Source: Eledone cirrhosa
Lineage: Eukaryota
Length of the DNA stretch: 64,000 nt
Reading direction: 5' to 3'
NCBI GenBank assembly: GCA_964016885.1
Contig: OZ024740.1
Span: 374,418,001 to 374,482,000 of the forward strand
Part shown: piece after piece, positions 51,333 to 64,000 of the stretch
How positions within the stretch are numbered: position 1 is the stretch's first letter
How the letters are laid out: each line of letters opens with the position of its first letter
Position numbers and translations under genes: made by a program
The notes under the pieces: model-generated
Seen by the model: the letters and a program-made list of their open reading frames with translations, nothing else
Database searches by the model: none
What the model was told of the DNA's origin: nothing

Positions 51333-51715
51333 TATTCCGGGTTCAATCGGGGATAACTACAGTAAGTAAGGTAATCAATATATAGCAGAGTATAAATGTT
51401 TAACATAGAAAAGCTTCGACAGGATAAGAACTGTTTCATTCGTCAGATATCATCAGGAAGCTGACTGTCCAAGTAAATATGGTGTTAATTATATATTTTC
51501 TGGTGGTAGGAGAGAGTGGAGATGTGGATGGGTTGAGGTAATTTGTTAATGGGTTTAAAGTAAAGGGAATTCTTTAAAAGCTAATTCTTTAAAGTTGTAT
51601 TTAGAGTGACAAAAGCAAAAAGAATTATATAAACAGCTTCAGATTTGAGGTGCCCCTCCTCATTGTTAAGTTTCTCTTAAGCTATATTTCAGTTGTCTTC
51701 AACCACATTCTCCTT
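51331..51715 (-). mobile_element. Penelope-like element 3' end between TA/CA microsatellites
   Basis: A minus frame has LNNEEG (compare the C-terminal LNRDEG-type motif of Penelope-like elements), followed by a hammerhead motif. Confidence 0.55.
51412..51462 (-). ncRNA. Type I hammerhead ribozyme motif
   Basis: AGCUUC-CUGAUGA-UAUCUGACGAAU-GAA-ACAG(UUCUUAUC)CUGU-C-GAAGCU: 6-bp stem I, 4-bp stem III, GUC triplet; stem II is imperfect. Confidence 0.78.
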
Positions 51716-51804
<89 letters not shown>

Positions 51805-52166
51805 TTTTAATTAAGCATAAAGTGTATTGCAAAATACATTATATATACATCCATATATATATTACTATTTCAGAGCTCCAATTCTAATTTTTAATTGTTG
51901 CCTGACCAACAACCGCTCTGCATAATCAGCTCCTGATTATTTACTAGATTTCTATAAGAATATAACATCATTGATCTCAGTAGACAGGCGGGGTAGTTGG
52001 CCTTGATAAGCTTCAACAAAAGCGAAACATGTAATGTCGGCTTATCTCCCCTGTTTGCTGAGATCAAAGTGAGTGAATTTGTCACTACTTTAAAACAATA
52101 GCTTACGGTCTTCAAAATGCTTTTAATTAAGCATAAAGTGTATTGAAAAATACATTATATATACAT

Positions 52167-52219
<53 letters not shown>

Positions 52220-52238
52220 CATATAAAAACACATATAC

Positions 52239-52291
<53 letters not shown>

Positions 52292-52404
52292 CATATAAAA
52301 TTAAATCAAACATTTTTTAACACTACAAGTGAAATCATTATTTCCCTTCTTTTCAAATATGCCAAGCTTCACACACATGTTCCAATATATATATATATAT
52401 ATAT

Positions 52405-52494
<90 letters not shown>

Positions 52495-52497
<3 letters not shown>

Positions 52498-53600
52498 GGC
52501 GCACGAAGAATAAAAACCTGTTGAGAAAGCGATGCATTGTTCGATCAGTATACCAAAAGCAGTATACCAAAAGCAGACTATTATTGATTTAGGTGTTGCA
52601 GAAACCCAATTTCGGAGTATTCCATTACCGCGAGGGTCCGGGTAACTATTTCAATCATAACTTATTTTGTTTGACCCGTTTAGCTTGTTCGCTTTTTGGG
52701 CTAAGGTGGTTAATGGCTTCTTAACCATCGTCTCAGTGTGAAGGACCATTTTAACTTATGTTTATAGCTCTGGTATCTTCATATCCATGTAGCGCTTGTC
52801 TGCACAATACGGAAGTTGGGCTTCACTAATTTCTACGCGCCGAAATGCGATTCTCGCTAAATTTATATTTGTATTAATCTCCCAAGTCAAGCGATTAACC
52901 AATTACTTTTTGGGGGCTTTTTAGTTAATTCTATTGAATGATTAATCGCTTAGATTTATTCAAAAAACAACTCTGTCGGGAGCTTAATTCGTTTTGTGCG
53001 CTCTTTGCAAATGTTTGCAATAACTACACAGGCTGAATTTACCGGCCAAAAGAGGGGTGTTCTCCCCTTAGAACCTCACATGTGCTTTCATAACTTGTGA
53101 TATTCTGGCGTACGAAGAACAAAAACCTGTTGAGAAAGCGATGCCTTGTTCGATCATTATACCAAATGCTTATTTTTTATAAGCAGACAGTATTATTGAT
53201 TTAGGTGAGTTCAAATCCCGCCAAGGTTAACTTTACCTTTCATCCTTACGGGGTCGATAAAATAAAGTACCAGTAATACACTGGGTAGTTGCTGGCCTTG
53301 TGCCAAATGTAGAAACACTTATTGATTTAGGTGTTACAGAAACCCAATTTCGGAGTATTCCATCTCTCCCGAGGGTCCGGGTAACTATTTCAATCATATC
53401 TTATTTTGTTTGACCCGTTTAGCTTGTTCGCTTTTTTGGCTAAGGTGGTTAATGGCTTCTTAACCGTCGTCTCAGTGTGTATGACCATTTTAACTAATGT
53501 TTATAGCTCTGGTATCTTCATATCCATGGAGCGCTTGTCTTCACAATATGGAAGTTGCGTCTCGCTAATTTCTACCCGCCGAAATGCGAATCTCGCTAAA
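52495..53600. repeat. Unclassified partial-tandem repeat (unit about 610 bp, about 1.6 copies) between (GA)n and (TA)n
   Basis: 52497-52861 is repeated at 53106-53600, and the second copy carries a SINE. Confidence 0.8.
53208..53318 (+). mobile_element. 5'-truncated tRNA-derived SINE with a 15-bp TSD
   Basis: TSD TTATTGATTTAGGTG at 53193-53207 and 53319-53333; B-box GAGTTCAAATCC; core CCTTTCATCCTTACGGGGTCGATAAAATA shared with 62720-62901. Confidence 0.9.
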
Positions 53601-53614
53601 TATATATTTATATA

Positions 53615-53702
<88 letters not shown>

Positions 53703-53734
53703 TACACACATACATGTATATATATATATATACA

Positions 53735-54410
53735 TAAAAACAGTGCCTGATGACAAAATTAAATAATCCTACTACCTCCGCATCCAATGCTCGGACGGGA
53801 GCTTTGTGCAACTGCCAAAATACGGAAGCCTGCCCACTTGAAAGCAACAAATGCCTTACAAATGACATCGTATACAAATGTAATGTCATCTCAGGCACTA
53901 ATGAAAACAACAAAAAGACTTACATAGACATGTCTTCCAACAATTTTAAGACCCGGTGGTATACCCATACCCACACTTTCAGAAGACCGGGCAAATCAAA
54001 TCAGACAACACTCGCCCCCTATGCCTGGGACCTCAAGAGGAACTCCACCCCTTTCACGCTTAAATGGAAAATACTCCAGAAGCGCGCTCATACAAGGGAG
54101 GATACAAGTGCTGCGACCTTTGTATTTCAAAGAGCTACGAAATACTATTTGCCAAAGGCCCGAAACAGAACAAACTCTCTGAACACTGCCGGAGTTGCAT
54201 GCATAAAAACTTTGAAAATTTCAAATATCATAAGCCAGATATATTAATGCCAGATGGCTAAAAAACATTTCCTACTAAAAAACCCCATCCGATAAAATAT
54301 CCCCTCCACCTCCATAACACCCAAATCCGACCCCATTGCGACCCGCCTCAAGGTACTATGGTTATGTAAGTACTTCTCACCTAGCTGCTTTTTCCACACG
54401 TATAAGGTAC
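53735..54410 (+). mobile_element. Penelope-like element fragment encoding a GIY-YIG endonuclease (frameshifted)
   Basis: ORF 53750-54247 (CNCQNTEACPLESNKCLTNDIVYKC...TYIDMSSNNFKTRWYTH...TTLAPYAWDLK...WKIL) continues in 54064-54261 (KCCDLCISKSYEI...CMH). Confidence 0.85.
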
Positions 54411-54533
54411 TTCATTGTATGCATGTATATAAGTACGTGTATATATGTATGTGTGTGTGTATTTGTTTATGTATACATATGTATATGATTATGTATGTGT
54501 ATATGTATGTGTATATGTATGTGTATACATTTG

Positions 54534-54565
<32 letters not shown>

Positions 54566-55143
54566 ATGTAGGAGGTGAGTTTTATTGTAGCACAATAAAG
54601 CAATGCAAATATCGGATAAGTAGCACTCAACAGTTTATAGGACTGGATTATAAATAATATAACATCAAAAGATGCTTAAAATTGTTCCATGTAATTTATT
54701 ATGCGCATTTCAAAAACAAATATCATCATGGGATGATATTTGCGTTCTAATCAGATAAAATAGTGAGACATGATATGAAGCTTAAAAAGCACTTGCGAGC
54801 AGTGAAGTCATTTGATTTGTCGGACTTAATCCCACAAGATTCATTGACTTGTCTCTATTTTCCTCTCTTTACGTTGCATTACTAACTTGTTGTTTGTTTC
54901 CTTTCCTCTGTTTTCCTCTGTCACGATAACTTAATTTAGTTATCGCTCGCACTGATTTGAGGTATCTAGTCTTTAATGCGAAGAAATACCAATGATAATC
55001 GACAAGCTACTGATGAAGGACATTATTGTTTCTCGGTCTATTTTATTCATAAGTTAATATTCATAACACAGCGCTTTTCTTTTCATTCATATATATTTAT
55101 TTATATATGCGCATATATATGGATATGTATGTGTGCATGTATG

Positions 55144-55236
<93 letters not shown>

Positions 55237-55250
55237 ATATATATATATAT

Positions 55251-56155
55251 AAGTGGCTTCCTTGTGTCAATCATCTTACCAGAAGCCTGACAGTATTTAT
55301 GTAAACGGACGGTACTTGATTTAGGAGCCGCAGAAACCCAAATACTGGATTTTACCAACCTTCCAGGGGTCCGGGTAAATGTTCAATACCCGAATTACTT
55401 GATCGTTTTTTTTGGCTATGCGAATGATTTTTTAACCATCGTTTCAGTGTGTTTGGCCTTTAACGTTTGTTATAGCTCTGGTTCATCTGAATCATTGAGA
55501 ACTTGCCTCACATCTCGGAGGTTGTTTTTCGTTATTTCGTGGGCCGAAATGCGAATCTCGATAATTTATGTTTGTATTTATCTCCAGACTCTAGCTATTA
55601 ACCAGTTAATTTTCTTGATTTTTTAGTTGATTCTATTGACTTATGAATAGCTTATGTTAATGTTAACCCTTCTGTTGAGAACTCTATTCGATTTGTGATG
55701 CTTTTGCATTCTTGCAAAAATATAAACAACTGAATTTATTCGCCTGATATAAGGGCTGCCTCCCTTGCCGATCCCCACAAGGAGTCAGCAATAGTCAGTC
55801 CTTGTATTAACATTGAACTAAAACCTGTTGAGAAAGTGGCTTCCTTGTTCAATCATCTTACCAGAAGCCTGACATTATTATATGTAAGCGAACGGTACTT
55901 GATTTAGGAGCCGCAGAATCCCAAATACAGGATTTTACCAACCTTCCAGGGGTCCGGATAAATTTTCAATACGCGAATTACTTGATCGTTATTTTGGCTA
56001 TGCGAATGATTGTTAAACCATCGTCTCAGTGTGTTTGGCCTTTAACGGTTGTTATAGCTCTGGTTCATCTGAATCACTGAGCACTTGCCTCACATCTCGG
56101 AGGTTGTTTTTCGTTATTTCGTAGGCCGAAATGCGAATCTCGATAATTTATGTTT
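55251..56155. repeat. Second, diverged member of the partial-tandem repeat family (unit about 585 bp), flanked by (TA)n
   Basis: 55251-55575 is repeated at 55834-56155. It shares blocks with 52495-53600: aaaacctgttgagaaag, ttgatttagg, gggtccgg, ccatcgtctcagtgtg, tatagctctggt and gccgaaatgcgaatctcg. Confidence 0.8.
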
Positions 56156-56176
56156 GTATATATATATATGTATATC

Positions 56177-56293
<117 letters not shown>

Positions 56294-56386
56294 ATGTGTA
56301 TATGTATATTTGTATATGTATATATAGATGTGTTTATATGTGTGTATATGTGTGTATATGTATGTATGTGGGTGTACATGTATGTA

Positions 56387-56446
<60 letters not shown>

Positions 56447-56456
56447 TATGTATACG

Positions 56457-56502
<46 letters not shown>

Positions 56503-56708
56503 ATAAGAAACGGAGAATCAGTGTTTTGACGAATAAAATGTATTAGACATATTACAATCGTTTCTCTGGCGACTAGCTCGAGGCACGATCGACGCAATGA
56601 TTGAAACTGACTCTGAAATCGCAAGTTCTCAGATACGCAGCTTTGATCCTGTTGTTGTCATTCGATGAGTCAAGAATTGTACACATCATCGGTATTTTTT
56701 ACCACTAA

Positions 56709-57037
56709 TAGCCGTCGTATATTTGGTTTCATTCATTTGCCACCTGTCAGTTGTTTAAAAATTATTTCTAAGTATTCGCTGCACATTCAATATTTACTGT
56801 GATTGTCGCATATACTACAGTTGCTGGTGTGTATGGGATCGATGTGGGTGTATAAGTGCCCATATTTATCACGCCTGCCTGAAAACATGGACACGGATGC
56901 CGGCTCCTACAGGTTGAGAAGGCTGCGACAGGGCGCGAGCGGTTCAAAACCCCTTACTTCCTACAGTAGTAATTGCGATTTAAGAAACCACTTTGATTGA
57001 CAGGTGGCAAAAAAAGGAACCAAATATACGACGGCCA
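56709..57037. mobile_element. MITE with about 40-bp imperfect terminal inverted repeats and a TAA TSD (PIF/Harbinger, Tourist-like)
   Basis: TRGCCGTCGTATATTTGGTT...TTTGCCACCTGTCA at 56709-56749 and inverted at 56998-57037; TAA at 56706-56708 and 57038-57040. Confidence 0.78.
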
Positions 57038-60000
57038 TAATATTTTCCTTCCACTATGTTATCGTAATGATAATACATAACCTATATATATGGAATATAA
57101 TCTATCACACAACGAATGCACATTAAATTTCATTGGAATTAAGGAGGGGAAAAATATACAAGCATAAATCTAGAAACAATAAAGCAAGAAAGGTTGAGTC
57201 ATTCTGTCCAGGCACTTTCAAAACATACCAAGTACATCTTTAATATAGTCAGGAAATACTTCCCACGTTCACACATGTAATGACAACTATAAAACGAAGT
57301 CATTATCTGTTTCTTACTATACGATCGAAAACACCGCTCAATATTTCTCCAACATCATTTGCAGAAAAGGCTTCATTATGTATATAAAAACAAATGAGAA
57401 ACAATGGGCAAAACTAAGAGTAAGACAAATATTCTAAGGAAGTATTACCAAATAATTTTGAAGAATTTTAGCTGTTACGTTTCCAACACCTTACCCAATG
57501 CGATTGAGAAGCCAATTATTTCATAGTAACACAAATGCTGCATGCAAAAACTGATGGGATGACTACTCCCTTACACATCACAGTTGACTCTGATCTGCTG
57601 TATGCAAGTAATGAAAGAAGTGTCTCCTAACACAAGCACTATATAAGAAAAAGTATCGATCTCGCCTGTGGCTGTCATTGTGTAACCGGGGGGGGGGGGG
57701 CTTGAATGAGCCAAGGTATGTTCAAATATATTCTAAACAGTGATAACTTATCAGTCATTCATATAGTGCTTAACATTAACTACACCATAAAACGTATTTT
57801 CCCCTCTTGAAAACACTAGTGCATAATGTTTAATTACATATATTCGAATGATGAAAATAATTCGAATCATCTTTGGCGGGCTTTGAATTAAAAGGTAACT
57901 GGGTGTTGAGTGAATAAGACAAGATATATGTCCACAAATTTGTGAAATATGCCCACAAATTTGTGCAATGTTCCATTAAATTATGCGCCGGAGTTAATAG
58001 GTTTAAGGATGTAACGAACGCAAACGGACAAAAGGGCAAATATGAATTCAGAAGAGAGAAAGCTGGACCAAATCCCAGGAGGTCTTTCATCCGACGATCA
58101 TCCGATGTAGTGACGCATCATCCTCAAAGCATTAATGTTTTCTAACTTAGCCGCATTCATTACTAAGACATCGCTACTTGAACACGGGTTATTTTATCAA
58201 TCCTCGTGCGGAAAAATAAACCACCAGTCTGGCAAAATTCGAGTATGTGAAGTAAAGGATTACAACTAAATGAATCAAAGCATTTTACTAGCTATTTTAT
58301 ATTTCCTGACACTAAAGCAATGCTAAAAATACAGTGAGAGAAAAAAACCCCTACTAAATTTGGAGATATCTGTATTCCCTAAAAGAGAAAGACTTACATG
58401 TAATTAAGTTACAGCAACATGTATTAACATTTTCTTACGTACATATATAATTCAAAAGAGATAAATTATAGAAGCGTGTAACTAAAGGAAACTCCTTATG
58501 GAATAGAAATGAATGTGAAGGAAAGTCGAATGATAAATACCCAGCAACAACTTGCCAAAATAGATAGTAAAATAAAGAGAAGGCAAATTGAACAGAAAGA
58601 AAAGATCTAACACGTTGGTTATATTGCAGTAAATAAACGCCCGTGTGTGTGTTAATTTCATAAACAGTCTGTGTAACAGGAAGGAATACATCAAATCTTC
58701 AATTAAGTTTAATGAACAGTGATTTTTTTACCACAGAAATACTAAGCAGACATTTTAAAACATAAACATTGTACACTGCCCCGGCATGGACTCAGCCAGT
58801 TGGTTGGAACAGGTAAACGAATAAAGGAGTAATTGTTCGTACGCATTTCACGACATATTGCAAATAATATGAAAAATGGTCATGTCCGTCTCTATGAATT
58901 CATCACCAACAAAACTATCCTTAGAAAAGTTTGCTTAACAAGGCCCCCAAAATTATAACAGAATTACACAACTAAAATCAACTTGAAATAATTTTGTATT
59001 GCAATGGAAAAATACCTGACAATGAGAAACAAACGTTCAATAATATCGAAGAAGGATACACAACTACTATCAACAATAAAGAATATGAACACACAAAATC
59101 TGTCGAAATTCACCACCAGAATCTGCTAGTGGCTGGATTGCTAATTCATCCGCATACTTGTGATCTTGTTCCTCCAGAATAACATGTGTGTATTCTATAC
59201 AGATTGTGACGCCATTGATACGACCACCACCATTACTATTCCTACATCGATTCCTCCTCCACCTCTTACTACTACTACTACTACTACAAGACTTTCCTTT
59301 CAGCGTTACGAGAACATGTCCGTTATATATGTGAGGTGCCGGTCAGGTCATTACTTCAACGTACAATGTTCCTGCCATTTTAGAAATGTTTCAGTCTCGT
59401 TTTGACTTCAGGTTTACGACTTAGTTTCCAATATTACGGAAGATATACAAATACTCACGCATCATATTCCTGCATATTGCATGTGATTTGCTCATAGAGT
59501 GTACTTGAAAATATCTCTTAAAAAGCTAACGTTATATGGCACTCCCCAGGAAACAGATACATGGAAACATCTAGCGTTGTTAAAGGAACAGAAGCAAAAT
59601 TAGTAGATAATATTGCTGACTTAAGCAGCAACTGCCCCTCAGGGGAAGAAAACATCTAAATCCTTTTTTTTTTAAAGTGGATCTTTTCAGCTCTCTTCAG
59701 TCTCGAGCCATTTCGCAAACCATTGTTAAATTTGGTTATCTACTTACCTTTATACACAGTCCACTGGAACATCATCTCTTCTTCTCAAGATACGCTCTTT
59801 GAAAATATCTAAATCACGAAATGAAAGTGATTTATGTTGACTGTTTTACAATTTTCAACGTACCTATCTATATTCAGTATACCGCTTTCTCTTATGCTTT
59901 GACGTCATTCCTGCTGTAGATTTGTTATCTTTGGTGCTGCATGTTTCTGTTGCTGTAATATTTTACATGTCACCGTTGCTCTGTTGCCGATAATGTTTTA

Positions 60001-62097
60001 GCTGCTGTTGCTTGAGAAGCTCCTACTGTGGCTACTGAATTAGCATTATTAACATCACCTAGAATAGTAGCGTAGTTGTTAATGTCAGAATAGTTGCTAC
60101 ATTTCTCATTACAAATGCTGTTATTGCATGAATCATTGCTACTCGTTGTAATTGATCTTTCCTTCTCCGAGAATACTAGTGATTCCATTGTTATCGTTTT
60201 TACGCACAAGTCTGTCTTGAATGAGCTGACCGAAGATCAAAGACGATTCAACGTTGATTATTCACCTGTTTCTTTCTTAAATGTAGATTAGCGACTTTAT
60301 ACTCTTAATGGGGAACGTTTGCGTCATTGTGATTTGAGATCATAGAAATGGTAGTGTCATGCACCCTGGATGTCCTACAGAGCGGCTCCTTTGTTGATCT
60401 GCAGGCATTCCAATTATTTAAGCTGTGCCTCTGGTAAAATGCGCATCACCACATTTTCTAACACGGACCTATCCATTTTCTCTTATTTCGCCAAATTATC
60501 TCGTATGGATAACACCGGACATCATGCTCAGTTTATGTCAGGATTTAAATTCAGGAGGTAATGCAATGCAGTTTTGTTGGCCTGATACTGTTTGCAAGAA
60601 CAATGATGAATAGAGCATAAAACTACTAAAACATTTTGGCATAAGAATTATTATCTTGATTGGTACAAAACTTAAGGAAGCAGATGGGATATGATATTGA
60701 AGCAGTTTCACGATAAGGCTCTTATTAATAAAGTTAACAGTTCAGATCCATTTCTCAATGATGTTCGCTGAATCATATCCTTCTTTTTTATTGGAAACTT
60801 ATCAATAAATTAGGCAGATTCATGGACAAATTTATTTATATATCATCGAATATGAAACATATACTAAATACAGATAGTGCAGATGACATCATGCTAGAAA
60901 ATTAACACGTATGAGATTTCAACATGTCCGTTTATGGAAAAAATATTTAAAGAATGCATCAAATAAGCTGTTTGGTAATATGTTTCGGAATTCAGCAAAT
61001 ACCACATTCCAAAGTACTGTATTTGAGCCAATGTTTCTTGATGCTGAAATTCTGAGCACCCGTAAAATACTCCGAAATGAAGAAAAATCTATTTCTGCTA
61101 TTATGTCATACGTCTCGTTAACATATTATCAATACATAGAACAATTAATCTAAGTGAAAATAACCATTACTGTTCCCCTTCCAATTATTGAAAAACAAGA
61201 GGCGTTTCATTGTGATGTTTTTTAAAAACATTATATCATCGTTTTGCTGACTAATAAAGTCATTTCTGCCACCTCATGTGTGATGGTACATTACATTTGA
61301 TTACACATTGGAATCATTTTTCTCTTTTGAAACCATATATGTTCGCTTAAAAAAATATTCTTACATGAGAAGTTTTTAATTGGAAGTCGTTGTCCAAACT
61401 CTGAAGAGATACATCCTTAATTTGAATTACACATTCTGCAGTAGTGCTTAGGATTTGAACCATGATTAAGTATTAGCATGGAATGACATTGTCTTTAATA
61501 AGATAAGTTGCTTAATCTATAAGTAGGAATCTAGTCGGTTATGTTCGAAGTAATTCAATAAAACATACGAGCATGAAACAGCAACTTCTGAAAAAGTATT
61601 AAAATATTATAATGCAAACATAAAACAGCTCTTTATATGTATTTATATATGCTTAATGATACGTCTATGTCTGGAGGTTTCGCGTAAACCTGAATCGATT
61701 ATGCTGAGAATGTATATATGATTCATATATATATGCATTAAGTTGGTGGCTCCACTGTATATTATGAATATAATCAGGATTATATTGGGGAGAATGTGTA
61801 ATTTTGCGCTGAAGTTTCATTTTAACTTTTACAAATATCACATTGTGTCATCAGTCTCAGCATATTCCATCCTATTTCTTGTTTCCTCCCTTTGTTCAGG
61901 ATTTTTCTGGATAGTATATTATGCTCCATTGGAAGTTATTAATGAGAGGACATTCTTTCACTGTTGCAAAAAGTTTGCTAGGTCCTTCAGTCTTTGTTTT
62001 GCACAATCTATATCTATTTTCAAATAATGGCTACGCTCTTGTTTGCACTGAAGAGAGACCTGACATATATACACATACATACATTTTTGGAAACATA

Positions 62098-62700
62098 TTA
62101 TAGTCAGATTGGGCTACATCAGGAGAATCAGGAGGGGATCAACCAGATTAAAGCCAACGACACACACAGAAGTCATTAAAACCAATGACCTGTGTGCTGG
62201 AGCATTGTCTTGCCTTGGGGTTTTTCTGGATGGCTGTTTGTAACTCCTCAGTAAGTTGGGTTAGCATTCCCTATTGATGACGGAGCTTGAACAATGTCAG
62301 AGTTTGTCCTGATGTGATCAAAGTGGTGAGCATTTGAGATGGTGTCAACAAACGTGGGAGGCTCTAAAGATAAATCTTTGTCATGCCAAGATCATGGTGC
62401 AGATTATTCTCAATTTCCTCGCGAGATATGCGTATAACAATGATTATTTGATTGGTAGTGAATAGTCTCTCATTCGTCACCATTTGGTGAAAATGTTCAA
62501 TGTCTACCACGGTGGTGGAAGTTGCAGTCATTTACAACACTCTTCCATTCCCCACCTAAATTCAGCAGCTTAATTTAGCATGCCTTCCTTTAATGTAGCA
62601 TTCGTGTCAGTATCAATGATTTTGTCCAATTGCAAGTGTTATTAGTTAGTTTTTGTTTGTTTTCTTTTGAAATGTCAGATGTCAGTTTACCTGGAGAGAA
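62098..62700 (-). mobile_element. Decayed mariner transposase relic with internal deletions
   Basis: Minus translation: ISREEIENNLHHDLGMTK..LPRLLTP (WVPRLL-like); QDNAPAHRSLV...GFNLVD; PPDSPDVAQSD (YSPDLAPSD-like). Confidence 0.85.
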
Positions 62701-62719
62701 ACAATGCCGTTATTAATAA

Positions 62720-62901
62720 GTGTTTCTACTTTAGGCACAAGGCAGGCAATAACAGTACATTAGTGGTACTGTATTTTATCGACCCCGTAAGGATGAAAGG
62801 CAAAGTTAACCTCGGTGGGATTTGAACTCAGACTGTAACGGGACGTAACTATGCTAGAAAGCAAGGCGTCCAAACCTCTACCGATACTGCCAATTCTCCG
62901 C
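62720..62901 (-). mobile_element. Full-length tRNA-derived SINE (182 bp) with an 18-bp TSD
   Basis: TSD CAATGCCGTTATTAATAA at 62702-62719 and 62902-62919; A-box TGGCAGTATCGG; B-box GAGTTCAAATCC; 3' end GCCTTGTGCCTAAAGTAGAAACAC. Confidence 0.92.
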
Positions 62902-63226
62902 CAATGCCGTTATTAATAATAGAAGTTGAAATTATCGCATGCAAGATGTCACACCTCAAGCCTCAATTGTTCATAGTTATCCTACATATATTTCATCACA
63001 CGCTCGTATATATATATACTTTAAAAATGATAGCGCAAGGTCTTCAAAATGTTTTTAATTAAACATATGGTATATTGCCAAATATACTATACATACATTC
63101 ATGTATACATCGCTATTTCAGAGCACCAATCCTTATATATATATATATATATATGTATATATGTAGTAATAATAAATTTGAAGACTAAAATCCAAAGAGG
63201 GCTCGATAAGGATAAATATATATCAA

Positions 63227-63500
63227 ATGACAATTGAAACCTGGAACTTTACAACTCTTGCAGATAAAGAGCAGGAACTATTGGAATAGGTAGATCCTAC
63301 CGCCTAGATATAGTCGAGCTTTCTTCAAAAAAGCTTTATTGATTATGATTCTGTAGAATAGAATTGGATAGAGGATGGAATTTCATTACTCAGGTGTGAC
63401 TCCAGAAATCACAACACAGCTGAGAGTAGGGTTGCTCACAATTGCCTGGCTGTCAGGATAAGTCTTCGACATGTTCCCATTGGAAGGGAGTATATGCCTG
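63227..63500 (+). mobile_element. RTE-clade LINE AP-endonuclease N-terminal relic
   Basis: Broken frames read MTIETWNFTTLADKEQELLE..SYRLDIVELSS..LDRGWNF..YSGV..VGLLT, resembling the start of RTE/Expander-type APE domains. Confidence 0.7.
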
Positions 63501-63529
63501 AAAGACAGCTATATTTACATATATATATT

Positions 63530-63587
<58 letters not shown>

Positions 63588-63848
63588 TCCTTTAACTTAA
63601 ATCTGCCTTTCTAACAAATCATCACCGAACGATTATTTAACACGCTCACAGGATCGATATTTTAAGACGCCCCTTAATAATGGGTTTTTAAACCCGAATA
63701 TATTTTGGATTGTTAAATTTGGTAAGGTAAGATTTTACTGTTATCGTAGAAATCTTAATTTTCTACGCGATTGTATGGTTTTCAAAATTATTTATAATTG
63801 TGTCTTCTATTCAACAATGCTCTAAAGAAAGTACAACATCGTGATTTA

Positions 63849-63921
<73 letters not shown>

Positions 63922-64000
63922 CAAAGGAGATGTGGTAAGGACCCAGATGGCCATAACGCACCGGACTACTCAATACTTAGGGTAGTAGAGTGGGAAACAG

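Noticed and set aside
52497-53600. TRIM/LTR interpretation of the direct repeats
   Set aside because: No consistent TG...CA ends, primer-binding site, polypurine tract or TSD, and the related copy starts at a different point in the unit.
55005-55042. Hammerhead starting CTACTGATGAAGGAC
   Set aside because: The GAAA core and stem III are missing; at best a dead remnant.

Overview
Eukaryotic, AT-rich and microsatellite-dense genomic DNA. The SINE and mariner types look cephalopod/Octopus-like, but that is an inference. No intact host gene is recognisable. About 42 kb lies in two retrotransposon arrays seeded on (TAA)n microsatellites: 1-12.7 kb and 20.9-49.8 kb. They hold two R4/Dong-like restriction-like-endonuclease (RLE) families, here called A and B, always oriented so their 3' ends run into (TAA)n. 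The second array also holds two L1/Tx1-clade APE families, always on the opposite strand with 3' ends running into (ATT)n. Notable observations: (1) both Tx1 families have a candidate 52-54 nt GT-AG intron over the ORF1 stop whose removal fuses ORF1 to ORF2 in frame; (2) families A and B share a long 5' leader and a covarying 3' stem-loop; (3) target-site duplications (TSDs) and a tandem duplication let the insertion order be reconstructed. The rest is transposon debris: a non-autonomous Helitron, Penelope-like fragments with hammerhead motifs, tRNA-derived SINEs, a Tourist-like MITE, mariner/RTE/RLE relics and an unclassified partial-tandem structured repeat. All alignments and pairings were done by eye.
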